DNA of 64,000 nucleotides from Gemmatimonadota bacterium (GTDB lineage Bacteria; Gemmatimonadota; Gemmatimonadetes; Palauibacterales; KS3-K002): NCBI GenBank assembly GCA_036475815.1, contig JAZGAL010000175.1, positions 4,403 to 68,402 of the forward strand, read 5' to 3'. Shown piece by piece: positions 63,487 to 64,000 of this stretch (position 1 is its first letter; each line of letters starts with the position of its first letter). The notes under the pieces were generated by a model. It saw only the letters and a program-made list of their open reading frames with translations, ran no database searches and was not told where the DNA came from. The position numbers and the translations under genes were made by a program.

Positions 63487-64000
63487 ACTTCAGAGGCTGG
63501 CCCGTCTCCCATGGCCTGTATGTGTTGCAGAAATCTATCCGCTCGCCGAGCGGTGGGTGAGTGGCGCGCCAGAGCTTGTACAGAGGTCCCGGTCTCGGAT
63601 TGCTCAAGTTCTCGGCCTGCAGCTTCACGAACGCGGTAGCGGCGCCATGGTTATCTCGCGTGATTTCCAGCCCGAACCGATCGGCTTCGTGCTCCATGTA
63701 GCGTGTGAAGCCGAAGGCTACCGGCTGGACGATCAGCCAGAAGACGGTGAAGAGCAGGATCAGCAGCGGCAAGGATGCGATGTCAGAAAGCCGGTCGAAC
63801 CTGAATCGCTCCTTGTAACGGTCGATCAAGAGTCCCGCCGTCCGATGTATCAGATATAGAACCACCAGGATCAGCAGCGAGAAGAAGAAGATGCCCTTGA
63901 TGACGTGGTACAGCACGTAGTGGCCCATCTCGTGCCCCATGACGAACAGCAGCTCGTCTTCCTCTAGCTTCTCGATCGTGGTGTCCCAGAGGACGATGCG
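63461..64000 (-). CDS. M48 (Ste24/HtpX-like) zinc metalloprotease, C-terminal part (5' end outside the window)
   Basis: The frame is open to the window edge (RIVLWDTTIEKLEEDELLFVMGHEMGHYVLYH). HEMGH zinc motif, downstream EHEADRFG glutamate and TM helices are present. Its 3' end overlaps the TBDR start by 26 nt. Confidence 0.85.
   Translation of the reverse strand, partial: RIVLWDTTIEKLEEDELLFVMGHEMGHYVLYHVIKGIFFFSLLILVVLYLIHRTAGLLIDRYKERFRFDRLSDIASLPLLILLFTVFWLIVQPVAFGFTRYMEHEADRFGLEITRDNHGAATAFVKLQAENLSNPRPGPLYKLWRATHPPLGERIDFCNTYRPWETGQPLKYEHLFAGR

Noticed and set aside
1-64000. Defence systems, toxin-antitoxin pairs, integrases/transposases, prophage or biosynthetic gene clusters
   Set aside because: I looked for their hallmarks and saw none: no nuclease/ATPase/methylase modules, small paired ORFs, DDE/tyrosine recombinase motifs, flanking direct repeats, or PKS/NRPS-scale genes. 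Composition looks uniform apart from short AT-rich leaders.

Overview
High-GC (roughly mid-60s % by eye) bacterial chromosomal window, densely packed with about 63 protein-coding genes. I found no rRNA, tRNA, CRISPR array, IS or prophage. The backbone is plus-strand housekeeping clusters, many joined by 1-4 nt overlaps: lepB-lepB-sigma; rplM-rpsI; rpsB-tsf-pyrH-frr-uppS-cdsA-dxr-rseP; serS-HK-pcrA; gatCAB; murA-pgeF; rimP-nusA-ylxQ-infB-DUF503-rbfA-truB-ribF; rpsO-pnp-M16; ald; mreBCD-mrdA-rodA; accD-folC-hisS; proS-guaA-nif3. The non-housekeeping content sits in three minus-strand islands. (1) 10219-13721 encodes Roadblock/LC7, ManC, a GlmU-like protein with a degenerate nucleotidyltransferase domain, and an MBL hydrolase. 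(2) 22536-26494 encodes EIIA-Ntr, a PII-like protein, an RCK-less CPA2 antiporter, DUF948, YtxH and a zinc-PLC-like protein. (3) 55772-64000 encodes an M48 protease, a CarboxypepD_reg TonB-dependent receptor, a PD40 propeller lipoprotein, an NHL propeller lipoprotein, an OPT transporter and a small lipoprotein. Islands 2 and 3 are my best candidates for undescribed systems: a two-input gated ion antiporter module and a two-membrane peptide or metallophore import pathway. At small scale, several AT/CA-rich short tandem repeats sit in leaders of highly expressed genes. These include a 30-bp hairpin built from opposed heptamer arrays whose four G:U pairs make it specific to the plus-strand RNA. 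guaA has no canonical start codon upstream of its conserved N-terminal motif. Lineage guess, low confidence and inference only: Gemmatimonadota-like or an FCB-superphylum relative. All calls come from reading the translations and DNA by eye; no database search was run.
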